A stretch of DNA of 64,000 nucleotides from Spirochaetota bacterium (GTDB lineage Bacteria > Spirochaetota > GWE2-31-10 > MWDO01). A model generated the notes under the pieces. It was not told the origin of the DNA and did no database searches. It saw only the letters and a list, made by a program, of their open reading frames with translations. Each line of letters starts with the position of its first letter. Positions within the stretch are counted from its first letter, which is position 1. The stretch is taken from NCBI GenBank assembly GCA_031549085.1, contig JAVBQL010000019.1:696-64695 (forward strand). The letters are read 5' to 3'. Shown one piece after another: positions 1-9,545 of this stretch. The position numbers and the translations under genes were made by a program.

Positions 1-1777
1 AATCTTTTCTTAATGTAACTCCTGTATATTGCATTATGGAATCTATATCGTAGTCTGTTGACATTGCGACTTTTCTATCCGGCAACCAGACAGGAACCCA
101 ACCATAGACATCATAATAGTAGTAATTCCACTCTCCAACCCACTTTCCGCCTAGCCACCACTCTGGCCCCTCCCATCGAACATCATAGTACCAGATAGTC
201 CATGTATCTATTTTACCCCACTCCCATGATGCCACATAGTGTCCATAAATATCCTCTATAACATCATACTGATCACCACTTTTTCCATCAGGGATAGATA
301 TATAATCATTTCTATCTGGTCTCTGGTGCTCATGTTTCAGTCCAATTATATGTCCAAGTTCATGCCTTACTGTTCTTGTCAGAGAAGGGAAATAAAATTT
401 AGTGTATTCATCAATCCCATCTACCCAAACTTCTGCCTCTGTTATCCAAACTTGCTTCTCTATATAGTAACCATTGTGAGGCTCTTTATAGATTTTCCAA
501 TAGCCAGATATCTTTTTCCACTCCCAGTGACCAGGTGTCTTAACCCATTTCCAATATGTGTCTCTCTCATCATTGTCTTTTAAACTTCTCTCTAGTTTTA
601 GGGTATTATACCCTCCACTGTAGCCAACGGTTGCTTCTCCATATTTTTCAGGCTTCCCCTTATCATTTTTTGGAAAATCAGTATCAAAAATATTTACAGT
701 CCAATAGTGGAGTGTGTCTCTACAAACATCCTCCCAATAACTATCAAGAGAGGGAGAGAATTTTACTGCTCCTCCAGTCTTATTTGTCCAATCATTCATA
801 GCACTAAGAACTGCCTCTCTATGCTCTTCTGAAATATTTCCAAATTTATACTTTATTTCACCCCATGACCAACGGCAAACCTCCCTGTGATACATCCCCT
901 TCATTGGCTTTATTGATGCACTTATGCCAAATGCATCATCAGTTTCATCATATGTTGGAATATCATACTTTGGCATAAGACGCTCTATAGCTGCCAAGTC
1001 CTCCTCCATCTGCTCCTTTGTCATACCGCTTGCAACCGCATTATACATCTCAATATTAAGCGCTCCATTTATATCGTTTGGACTATATGGAACCCCTCCA
1101 ACGCTTATGCCGCCCTCAATCTCCTCTACATAACTCAGTGTCAAGGCCTTTGTATAGTCAACCTTAATTTTCTCAAGTTCACTACGGTATGAGTAAATTA
1201 TATCATTAATCTCATCTTCCAAAGTAATAATATTACCATTATCCAAAGTTTTTATTTTTTTCTCAAAATTTGCAGGTAAAAACTTCTCAATCTCATAGAT
1301 TGGTCTCCCAGATGTCAGCTTTATGGGCATAATCTTGATAACATCCCCCTCCTTTCCATGCTCTGTCGGAAGCTCAATTTTGGTACCTAATACAGCCTCC
1401 ATGAGATACTCCTCCATCTTGTTTGTCAATTTTCTAACAACACCATCCTGAAGACTCCTATAGTTTACAAAGGTCTTTCCAACATCCGTCTTAACCTCTC
1501 TTTTAACTATCTCCAATTTTTCCAGATACTCTTTTTCAGCCTCTGCCCTAAGAAGAGCCCTTCTCTCCATCTCATCTCGAACCCTATCAAGAGCAGTAAC
1601 CTCTTTATAGGGAGTGTCATCACTGTTGTCAACAGAACCCCCACCATCACTGCTGTCAACATTCTCTCCAACACCATCATAAGCCTTTGATAGCCCATCA
1701 ACATCTGAACTTGCACATGCAAAAAGCATTGCAGCAACAAAAATGATAGACATCACCATTAAAAAACTTTTTTTCAT
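1..1777 (-). CDS. Astacin-like (M12A) zinc metalloprotease lipoprotein, C-terminus cut by the window edge
   Basis: Absent from the ORF track because it runs off the left edge without a stop. My reverse translation from ATG 1777-1775 gives MKKSFLMVMSIIFVAAMLFAC (signal peptide plus lipobox Cys). The same frame at 364-302 reads HELGHIIGLKHEHQRPDRNDY, the astacin motif HExxHxxGxxHExxRxDR; 1777-364 is divisible by 3. Confidence 0.75.
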   Translation of the reverse strand, partial: MKKSFLMVMSIIFVAAMLFACASSDVDGLSKAYDGVGENVDSSDGGGSVDNSDDTPYKEVTALDRVRDEMERRALLRAEAEKEYLEKLEIVKREVKTDVGKTFVNYRSLQDGVVRKLTNKMEEYLMEAVLGTKIELPTEHGKEGDVIKIMPIKLTSGRPIYEIEKFLPANFEKKIKTLDNGNIITLEDEINDIIYSYRSELEKIKVDYTKALTLSYVEEIEGGISVGGVPYSPNDINGALNIEMYNAVASGMTKEQMEEDLAAIERLMPKYDIPTYDETDDAFGISASIKPMKGMYHREVCRWSWGEIKYKFGNISEEHREAVLSAMNDWTNKTGGAVKFSPSLDSYWEDVCRDTLHYWTVNIFDTDFPKNDKGKPEKYGEATVGYSGGYNTLKLERSLKDNDERDTYWKWVKTPGHWEWKKISGYWKIYKEPHNGYYIEKQVWITEAEVWVDGIDEYTKFYFPSLTRTVRHELGHIIGLKHEHQRPDRNDYISIPDGKSGDQYDVIEDIYGHYVASWEWGKIDTWTIWYYDVRWEGPEWWLGGKWVGEWNYYYYDVYGWVPVWLPDRKVAMSTDYDIDSIMQYTGVTLRKD

Positions 1778-2190
1778 AAAATTACCACCCTAAAAATATA
1801 GTTAAAACCTCCATAACTAGAGATATAAAAAAACAGCAGCAAAAAAAAAAGACCATGCGAGTGTGCATGATCTTTTCATATTAATTTATCTATCAAAAAA
1901 TCCATAACATTGTAAAGCAGCAAATTTACTCTGTAACGGAACTATGATAATCACAGCAAAAAACTATCTCTTAATAACACCTCAAATCTATCTATTATAT
2001 TTTTTTCAATTTTTACTATTAATAGCATATTATAAAAATCAAGGAAAAGCAATAAACTATTTTATTTTTATTTTTTTAAATTTTTTCCACATAATTTTAT
2101 CTTATATTCAGGCGAATGGAGTAAAAAAATAAAAGACTTGAGTTAATCTCAATTATGTATTATAATTAGGATATTTATAGGGAGGCGTAG

Positions 2191-3882
2191 TTGCCAGATC
2201 CACTGAATCCACTGATAATACAAAGCGATGGCTCAATATTGCTTGAGGTCTTTAACAATAAATTTGAGAAAGCGAGAAACGAACTCTCCAAATTTGCCGA
2301 GCTTGTAAAGTCTCCGGAGTATATATACACATACAAAATATCCCCCTTAAGCCTATGGAATGCAGCAAGCAGCGGATTGGCTCTAAATGAGATCCTATTA
2401 ACCCTAGAGAATTTTTCAAAATTTGATATACCAGAAAATGTGCTTACAGATATAAAACTAATCTATGAAAGATTTGGCATGGTTGAGATTCATAAAAACC
2501 CTGATGATATAAACAGCCTATTTCTTGTAGTCAAAAACGATGAGTGCGATCTAGAGATAAATGCAAATAAGAACCTAAAAAAGTTTTTAACAAACAGGCT
2601 CTCAAGAGGAAAATATTTAATAAACCTGCTTGATAGAGGCAGTTTAAAGATAGCATTTTTAAACTATAATATACCTGTCTATGACATAGCAGGCTATGCT
2701 GATGGAAAGAGCCTAGAGATAAACCTTAGAACAACAGCAAAATCTGGACTTCCCTTTGGTTTGAGGGACTATCAAGTAAACGCATCAGAGTCGTTTTATC
2801 AATCAGGAAGCAGATATGGCGGAAGCGGAGTTGTTGTTCTCCCATGCGGTGCTGGAAAGACAATAATTGGTATAGATACCATGAGCAAGATAAAGGCAAA
2901 CACCCTAATTCTTTGTACCAGTGTTGCTGCTGTTCACCAATGGATAAGGGAGATACTTGATAAGACCGACCTCACTGAAGATGATGTTGGTGAATACTCT
3001 GGTGACAAAAAAGTAATAAAACCTGTTACAATATGCACATATCAGATTTTAATATACCACAGAGAAAAAGATAATTTGTACCCACACTTCTCTCTATTTC
3101 AGAAAAATGAGTGGGGCTTGATCATATATGATGAGGTGCACCTACTGCCTGCCCCAATATTCAAAATTACATCAGAGATACAGGGGACAAGGCGTCTTGG
3201 ACTCACCGCCACCCTTATAAGAGAAGATGGATTAGAAAAAGATGTCTTCTGTCTAATTGGACCAAAAAAGTTTGATATGCCTTGGAAGGTTCTCGAAAAA
3301 CAGAAGTGGATTTCAAATGCGACATGCTATGAGGTTAAGATCCCGCTTCCAAAAGATCAGCTTATGGAGTATTTGATAGCTGACCAAAAATCGAAGTTTA
3401 ATATATCATCAAAAAATAGATATAAGCTTGATGTCCTAAAGACTCTTTTAAAAAAACATAAGGACTCTTCAATTTTGGTGATTGGCCACTTTATAGATCA
3501 GATTAAGGATATTGCAGAGAAGCTTAATCTTCCTCTTATAACAGGCAAGACAACCAATAGTGAGAGGGACAAAGTATATGAAGATTTTCGAAATAAAAAG
3601 TATAAGATAATTGTTGTAAGCAAAGTAGCAAACTTCTCTATTGACCTGCCAGATGCATCAGTCTTGGTGCAGCTAAGCGGTACATATGGCTCAAGGCAGG
3701 AGGAGGCACAGAGACTTGGAAGAATTCTAAGACCAAAAGAGAATAATGTATCATATTTCTATACACTTGTTACTAAAGAGTCGATAGAGGAGCAGTATGC
3801 TTACAAGAGACAGCGGTTCCTAACAGAACAGGGATACAATTACGAAATAAGTTTTTGGGATAAAGGAGAAGAAAATGAGTGA
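2191..3882 (+). CDS. XPB/Rad25 (ERCC3)-like SF2 DNA helicase
   Basis: TTG start preceded by GGGAGG. Walker A LPCGAGKT, DEVH box (IIYDEVH), motif III with the XPB-specific RED (TATLIREDG), motif VI QRLGRILR. Confidence 0.85.
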   Translation: MPDPLNPLIIQSDGSILLEVFNNKFEKARNELSKFAELVKSPEYIYTYKISPLSLWNAASSGLALNEILLTLENFSKFDIPENVLTDIKLIYERFGMVEIHKNPDDINSLFLVVKNDECDLEINANKNLKKFLTNRLSRGKYLINLLDRGSLKIAFLNYNIPVYDIAGYADGKSLEINLRTTAKSGLPFGLRDYQVNASESFYQSGSRYGGSGVVVLPCGAGKTIIGIDTMSKIKANTLILCTSVAAVHQWIREILDKTDLTEDDVGEYSGDKKVIKPVTICTYQILIYHREKDNLYPHFSLFQKNEWGLIIYDEVHLLPAPIFKITSEIQGTRRLGLTATLIREDGLEKDVFCLIGPKKFDMPWKVLEKQKWISNATCYEVKIPLPKDQLMEYLIADQKSKFNISSKNRYKLDVLKTLLKKHKDSSILVIGHFIDQIKDIAEKLNLPLITGKTTNSERDKVYEDFRNKKYKIIVVSKVANFSIDLPDASVLVQLSGTYGSRQEEAQRLGRILRPKENNVSYFYTLVTKESIEEQYAYKRQRFLTEQGYNYEISFWDKGEENE

Positions 3883-5362
3883 TAAAAAAAATATAACACT
3901 GAGTTATCTAAAAGAAAATGAAGTTATTGAACTCTATGAGCTTTTCTTTGGAAAGCTATTGGTGAGACGTCCAGACTTCTCATATATTGACAATCTAAAA
4001 ATATCTCTATCAAAAACAAACTTTGTTCAATCATACCTTGCAAGGCTTAATACCACAGAGTATGAGATTTTGAAAATATTATCAAAAGAGAAATTTGTAC
4101 CATATAGATATATCGCCGATAAGCTTAGCATTATATTAAAGCTTCAAAACAGCCAAATACTTAAGGCAATAAATATCTTAATACAAAAGAGCTATATATT
4201 CCTTAGAAATAACAATATGCTTGTTATTCCAAATATCTATTTTGATGATGAGGGAAGTGATGAGGTTGAATATGATATAACCAACAGCAACAGCGGAGCA
4301 TACAACTCACAGATTGTATCAGACATATCAAGCATGATAATGTATTTTATCTCAAACGATATAAAGTTTACATCTGACTTCTTTCTCTACAAAAAAGATG
4401 TTGTGTTGTTAGAAAATATCTTTCTAAACTATTCTCTTATATCAAAAGAGGAGCTTCTATATGTTGTCTACTTCTTTCAGAATGTACTGCAGACAAAAGA
4501 TGCAAGGGCTAATACACACAAAATAAAAGAATATTTTAAGCTTACAGATTTGCAGAAGATTCTCTTCGTTATAAAAGAGGTCTTCTCTTACTTCCACCCT
4601 CTTTTTGACTTTTTTCACTCTTTTGATAAGAATGTAATAATATCAAAAGATAAATTTAAGCAAATTTGGGAGAGGCTATTTATTTTACAGGATCTTGAGA
4701 TTCCGCCAATAAAGGCAGATTTCAATGAGTTCTTGAATTTCTGTGAAAAGTGCTCACTTGTATCAGTATCAGATGACTTTATCACTATAAATACATTTGC
4801 AAAAAATATAGAGTCTCTTGAAGAGAAGATGATTACAAACTCAAATTACTCTATATATATAAGTGCAAATTTTAATGATGAAGATGTCTATATCCTTCCA
4901 TTTTTCTCACGCTTTGTTAAGTATGATAAGATCACTGAATATGAGATAAATGAGGAGTCAATTAAGAGATTTGTTGAGGCTGGTTTTGAATATAAAGATA
5001 TTATCAGCTTCTTTAATAAAAACAAACTCTCTTTTTCATCAGGTGTTGAGCAGACAATAAAGCAGTGGGTTGATAAATATGGCTCATTCTACTTTGTAAA
5101 TGGAACACTATTCTTCTGTGAGAATGAGGAGAAATTCAAGCTTATTGAAACTCTAATTGATAATGGTGCAATCACCGCCTATGAGGTTAAGAAAAATGAG
5201 GTCTTCTTGATAGAGGAGCAGGATAAAAAGACATTTTTTGATTTTTTAGATAAATCAGGCATAAAATATTATGAAAAAAATGTTGAAAAAAGAGACGAAA
5301 AAAACGATACAAACGAAATAAGATTCGATCATCTCTTTTCACTAAAAAAAACAACATTTTAA
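3875..5362 (+). CDS. XPB-associated protein with a C-terminal Tfb2/p52-like (Helicase_C_3-type) region
   Basis: Overlaps the XPB stop by 8 nt (translational coupling). The C-terminal segment YEINEESIKRFVEAGFEYKDIISFFNKNKLSFSSGVEQTIKQWVDKYG matches, from memory, the pattern of the helicase-associated domain encoded next to bacterial XPB. No catalytic motif recognised. Confidence 0.5.
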   Translation: MSDKKNITLSYLKENEVIELYELFFGKLLVRRPDFSYIDNLKISLSKTNFVQSYLARLNTTEYEILKILSKEKFVPYRYIADKLSIILKLQNSQILKAINILIQKSYIFLRNNNMLVIPNIYFDDEGSDEVEYDITNSNSGAYNSQIVSDISSMIMYFISNDIKFTSDFFLYKKDVVLLENIFLNYSLISKEELLYVVYFFQNVLQTKDARANTHKIKEYFKLTDLQKILFVIKEVFSYFHPLFDFFHSFDKNVIISKDKFKQIWERLFILQDLEIPPIKADFNEFLNFCEKCSLVSVSDDFITINTFAKNIESLEEKMITNSNYSIYISANFNDEDVYILPFFSRFVKYDKITEYEINEESIKRFVEAGFEYKDIISFFNKNKLSFSSGVEQTIKQWVDKYGSFYFVNGTLFFCENEEKFKLIETLIDNGAITAYEVKKNEVFLIEEQDKKTFFDFLDKSGIKYYEKNVEKRDEKNDTNEIRFDHLFSLKKTTF

Positions 5363-5470
5363 CTATTTTAATACTATTTTTCTCTAAAATTCACTATAAC
5401 TTACGAGATAAGATAATTTACAATTTTTCTTATTTAATATAATATCAAATCAAGATTTAAGGAGGTACCA

Positions 5471-6184
5471 ATGAATCTGATTAAGCAAGGAAAAACAAAA
5501 GATGTCTACTCTCTTGACAATGGGAACATCTTGTTAAAATTTAAAGATACAGTAACAGGGGATCTCTCCACTGGAACACTGGATCCTGGAGGCAATCAAG
5601 TAGTTGGTGAAATTAAGGACACAGGACTTGATGGGCTTAGAGTGACAAAATACTATTTTGAACTCTTAAAGAAGAGACTTCCAAAAATAAAGACCCACTA
5701 TATAGAGGCAAATCTTACGGATCGAACAATGACTGTTGTGCCAGGTGTTCTATTTGGCAAGGGGATAGAGGTTGTTATAAGATTTATTGCAACAGGTTCA
5801 TTTATAAGAAGATATGGAGACTATATAAAAGATGGAGAGTCACTTGTTAGAACTATAGGTGGTAAAAAAGAGGCTCTAATTGAGTTTACATTAAAAGATG
5901 ATAAGAGAGATGATCCACCAATAACAGAGACATCACTTATCTATCTTAACTTGCTCTCAAAAGATGAGATAGAACAGATTAAAGCGATGGCTGAAGAGGT
6001 AGCCTTTGCTGTTTTAGATGATTTAAAAGAGAAAAAATTGGATCTATATGATATAAAATTTGAATTTGCTAGAGATAAAAATAGCAAAGAGGTAATGCTG
6101 GTTGATGAGATATCAAGCGGCGTTATGAGAGTCTACAAAGATGGCAAAAAATTGAACTATGCAGATATCGGAAAATATTTTTAA
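5471..6184 (+). CDS. purC: SAICAR synthetase
   Basis: 237 aa. N-terminal GKTKDVY and the overall PurC-like pattern; AGGAGG-like RBS (TAAGGAGGT) upstream. Confidence 0.85.
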   Translation: MNLIKQGKTKDVYSLDNGNILLKFKDTVTGDLSTGTLDPGGNQVVGEIKDTGLDGLRVTKYYFELLKKRLPKIKTHYIEANLTDRTMTVVPGVLFGKGIEVVIRFIATGSFIRRYGDYIKDGESLVRTIGGKKEALIEFTLKDDKRDDPPITETSLIYLNLLSKDEIEQIKAMAEEVAFAVLDDLKEKKLDLYDIKFEFARDKNSKEVMLVDEISSGVMRVYKDGKKLNYADIGKYF

Positions 6185-6202
6185 AAATCAAAATTAAAGC
6201 AA

Positions 6203-6233
6203 AAGTCCATGTATAAAACATGGACTTTTTTTA
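6203..6233. terminator. Bidirectional intrinsic terminator between purC and the BMP lipoprotein gene
   Basis: Hairpin AGTCCATG-TATAAAA-CATGGACT flanked by an A-rich tract on the left and T6 on the right. Confidence 0.6.
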
Positions 6234-6256
6234 TTGTGAAACTATTTTTAAGGAGC

Positions 6257-7279
6257 TTAATTTATAAAAAAATTGCCACTTACAATTCTATCTTCAAGAT
6301 CCTCTATATATGTTAAAACAGATTCTGGAATCTTATCTTTAGTATATTTCATATCTGTTAAACTAATCCCTCCATTATTTAGAGAGTATAGAAAAACTCC
6401 ACCCTTTCCAAAATTATCGTTTAGAAATTTTTCTGTTATATCAAAAACAGCTATATCCACCCTCTTAAGCATACTTGTAAGTACAAATCCCCTTGCCATA
6501 AAATCGAGGTCACTATCAACCGCTATAACAAATTCCTCCATCTCTCTGGCACACTTTATTGCCCCAGTGCTTGAGAAACCAGCTGCAGCATAGATTATAT
6601 CAACTCCCTCTTCATACATAGCTTTTGCAGCTTCATACCCCTTATCTGGAAGAGCATATCCACTATAATCTGGCTGTAAAGTTAGATACTCATAATGAAA
6701 ATCTATCGTATCATCAACATATTTAACTCCATTATGAAAACCATTTATAAATTCATTTATTACATCAGTGTCAACCCCGCCAATGCAGGCCAACTTTTTA
6801 GTCTTTGTCATCTTTGCAGCAAAGGCACCGGCCAAAAATGAGCCCTGATACTGATCAAAAAGAAGTGAGGCAACATTATCTCTCTTATCCGCAACTACAT
6901 CTGTTATAACAAATTTAATTTTTGGGTAGGCTTTCGCAAGTTCATTGATAGCATCTACACTTTGAAAGCTTCCTGCAGAGATAATCATATCACACTTCTC
7001 TTCTGATGCCAAGAGTCCAACAACTCTTGTAAACTCCTCTGGAGTACCATCTTCAGTTCGCATAATTATAATATCAATTTTTCCATAAATCTCCTGTGCT
7101 GCAAGAAGTCCAGTATAGTGCATACCAACAAATGAGCTGTCTCCTATACCAACTCTATCGGTAGCCAAGCCTATCTTTACATTACCTCTATCGGACATTC
7201 TTGAAGAGACATCATCTCCTCTTTTACAGCCAGTAAATAAAATAGATAAAACAAAAAACATAAAAAAAACTTTTTTCAT
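6257..7279 (-). CDS. BMP-family (PnrA/TmpC-like) nucleoside-binding ABC substrate-binding lipoprotein
   Basis: Signal peptide plus lipobox (LFTGC). GIGDSSF and C-terminal BMP-family patterns. Confidence 0.8.
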   Translation of the reverse strand: MKKVFFMFFVLSILFTGCKRGDDVSSRMSDRGNVKIGLATDRVGIGDSSFVGMHYTGLLAAQEIYGKIDIIIMRTEDGTPEEFTRVVGLLASEEKCDMIISAGSFQSVDAINELAKAYPKIKFVITDVVADKRDNVASLLFDQYQGSFLAGAFAAKMTKTKKLACIGGVDTDVINEFINGFHNGVKYVDDTIDFHYEYLTLQPDYSGYALPDKGYEAAKAMYEEGVDIIYAAAGFSSTGAIKCAREMEEFVIAVDSDLDFMARGFVLTSMLKRVDIAVFDITEKFLNDNFGKGGVFLYSLNNGGISLTDMKYTKDKIPESVLTYIEDLEDRIVSGNFFIN

Positions 7280-7326
7280 TAGTAGTAACCTCCTACCTAA
7301 AAATAATAATAAAATAAAAAATTCAA

Positions 7327-8160
7327 CTACTTATTTGTAACAATATTTTTTAAAAAATTCGGCAAGGCAAGGGATGCCTTATGAATCTCACTGTTATAGT
7401 ACTTGCAGGTTTTTTCTATCTCCCTGCTCTTTTCATAGTTAAAATTGTGGAGAGAGTGGACATCTGAAGCAAATGTAAATGTCCAAAAACCAGATGGATA
7501 GAGAAGAATGAATGCAGTATAGGTCTCTACCTTTGAAAAAACTTTGGCAATATCTCTGGTCATATCTTTTATAATCTCTCCTCTAAGCCAAGGAGTTTCA
7601 GACTGGGAGACCATAATTCCATCTTTTTTTAGAGCCTTTTTTATAAGTTTGAAATAGTTCTCTTTGAAGAGTTCAACTGCTGGACCAATTGGTTCAGAGG
7701 AGTCTGTTATTATTAGATCAAAATAGTTATCATAATTTGATAGAAATTTAAACCCATCTTCAAAAACAGTTTTAACTTTCTTATCATTAAAGCCAGTTGA
7801 GAGTGTTGGAAAAAATTCTTTAGAAACCGAAACAACTTCAGAATCTATCTCACATAGAATAATCTCCTCAACAGATGGATGTTTCAATACTTCACGGATT
7901 GTTCCACCATCACCGCCGCCAATGATTAGAACTCTCTTTGGATTTGGGTGGGTGTTTAAAGGCATATGTGCAATCATCTCATGATAGACAAACTCATCAT
8001 ATTCTGAAAGCATTATATCACCATCAAGAACCAACATTTTTCCAAATTTTTTTGTGTCATATACAGATATATTTTGTATGGCCGATTTTTTATCATAAAG
8101 TTTAGAGTTGCAATCAACACCTATTCTCATCATAGAAAAGAAATCTTCTTCAAAAACCAT
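7327..8160 (-). CDS. speE: Spermidine synthase
   Basis: IIGGGDGG SAM/dcSAM motif and DSSEPIGPA motif; typical length. Confidence 0.85.
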   Translation of the reverse strand: MVFEEDFFSMMRIGVDCNSKLYDKKSAIQNISVYDTKKFGKMLVLDGDIMLSEYDEFVYHEMIAHMPLNTHPNPKRVLIIGGGDGGTIREVLKHPSVEEIILCEIDSEVVSVSKEFFPTLSTGFNDKKVKTVFEDGFKFLSNYDNYFDLIITDSSEPIGPAVELFKENYFKLIKKALKKDGIMVSQSETPWLRGEIIKDMTRDIAKVFSKVETYTAFILLYPSGFWTFTFASDVHSLHNFNYEKSREIEKTCKYYNSEIHKASLALPNFLKNIVTNK

Positions 8161-8371
8161 AAAAACTCCATAATTTAATCATAATAATGGGCTAATATCA
8201 CCTATTATTAACCAAAAACATTTCCAACTATACATATTAAGAAGTATAACAAATGGAAATAGTATTGTCAAATTAACTTTAAAAAAAAAAAAATATGCCG
8301 ATTTTTATCTTATACTAAGATCACAAATTCTGTGATAATATATTATTAAATATTAAATTAAAGCATAAACA

Positions 8372-9433
8372 ATGAAAGAAGAGAAACAAAATTATAAAAA
8401 AGCAATAAGGTATTTCATACTATTTCTTACAATAGTTTCACTCTTCCTATTTTTTTTGGAAGATTATTCCATAATAATAGGATTATCGTTTACTAATATC
8501 AGTATAATTAAATTAATTTCTCTCTATTTTACACTCTTTTTTATGCTTGAATTTTTAATATCTCTCTCTATATCAATCGCAGAAAAGAGAATAAAAATAT
8601 ACTTTTTAAATGAGTATGGGTGGGCCTCTCTTCTAAGCTCTTTTGTTGTCTTTATTTTCGATGGAGCGCCATTCTTATTTGGTGATATGCTTAATCTTGT
8701 AAATATAGATTTTTTCAGCAGCTTTGCTGTTATTAGATATTTGAGATTTCTAAAAATTGTTGAGGTATCAGACATCTCAAAATCACCAATGATAAAGAGG
8801 CATATGAAGTATATACTGTCCCTTATTATACTCTCCCTTGTATCAGTCTTTTTTGTTATGAACCTTCTGCAAGATTTCAATCTTCTCTACTCAAGATATA
8901 ATGAGGTAAAGACTCTAGAAGTTGATGTTATTAATAGCTATACAAAGCTAAACTCCATTGTAGATGAGAATGAATTTTTAAAAATCGTGGTCTCCACAGC
9001 TGAATATAATGAGAATGTATATGCAATAAAGTATAATGGTGAGTATATATATGTATCTGCTAAAGATACAATACTTATAGGTAACAAGAGCAAAAGAGTT
9101 ACCTATTCAGAAAAGATACTTGAAAATTCGAATATGGAAATTTTCTTTATAAGACTTCCACTATTTAAAGAGATAAACTACTATAATATAGTATATTTTT
9201 TAATAATCGTTTTATCAATATCTCTTATATATATATTCTATAAAAAGATGTTCACACGTTTTGTCTACAAACCAATAATAGAGATGAAGATGGGCTTTAG
9301 TGATATAGATCATACTGATGATGTTGATATACCAAAAGGCCTTGAGAACGAAGAGATATTTGTTCTTGCAAAAAATTTTAATAAGCGCTTTATGATAGCG
9401 AAAAAGAGAAAACTAAGAGAGATTAAGGGATAA
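8372..9433 (+). CDS. Polytopic membrane protein of unknown function
   Basis: Several N-terminal TM helices, one with an S4-like RxxRxxK spacing (IRYLRFLKIV). A late TM helix is followed by a HAMP-like linker. No family assignment possible. Confidence 0.45.
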   Translation: MKEEKQNYKKAIRYFILFLTIVSLFLFFLEDYSIIIGLSFTNISIIKLISLYFTLFFMLEFLISLSISIAEKRIKIYFLNEYGWASLLSSFVVFIFDGAPFLFGDMLNLVNIDFFSSFAVIRYLRFLKIVEVSDISKSPMIKRHMKYILSLIILSLVSVFFVMNLLQDFNLLYSRYNEVKTLEVDVINSYTKLNSIVDENEFLKIVVSTAEYNENVYAIKYNGEYIYVSAKDTILIGNKSKRVTYSEKILENSNMEIFFIRLPLFKEINYYNIVYFLIIVLSISLIYIFYKKMFTRFVYKPIIEMKMGFSDIDHTDDVDIPKGLENEEIFVLAKNFNKRFMIAKKRKLREIKG

Positions 9434-9545
9434 ACCATTTAAAGGTGGATATAAAAATAAAAAAGAGTTGCTATATAAAAAAGTTTTTTTATATACTGAA
9501 CTCTCTTAAATATTAGAATATTTAAGTTTTTTTCTAGGGGAGAGA

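Noticed and set aside
1944-2132. 62-aa track ORF in the spacer between the astacin lipoprotein gene and XPB
   Set aside because: Extremely AT-rich, with I/F/L/Y-dominated composition and no RBS. Probably noncoding promoter DNA.
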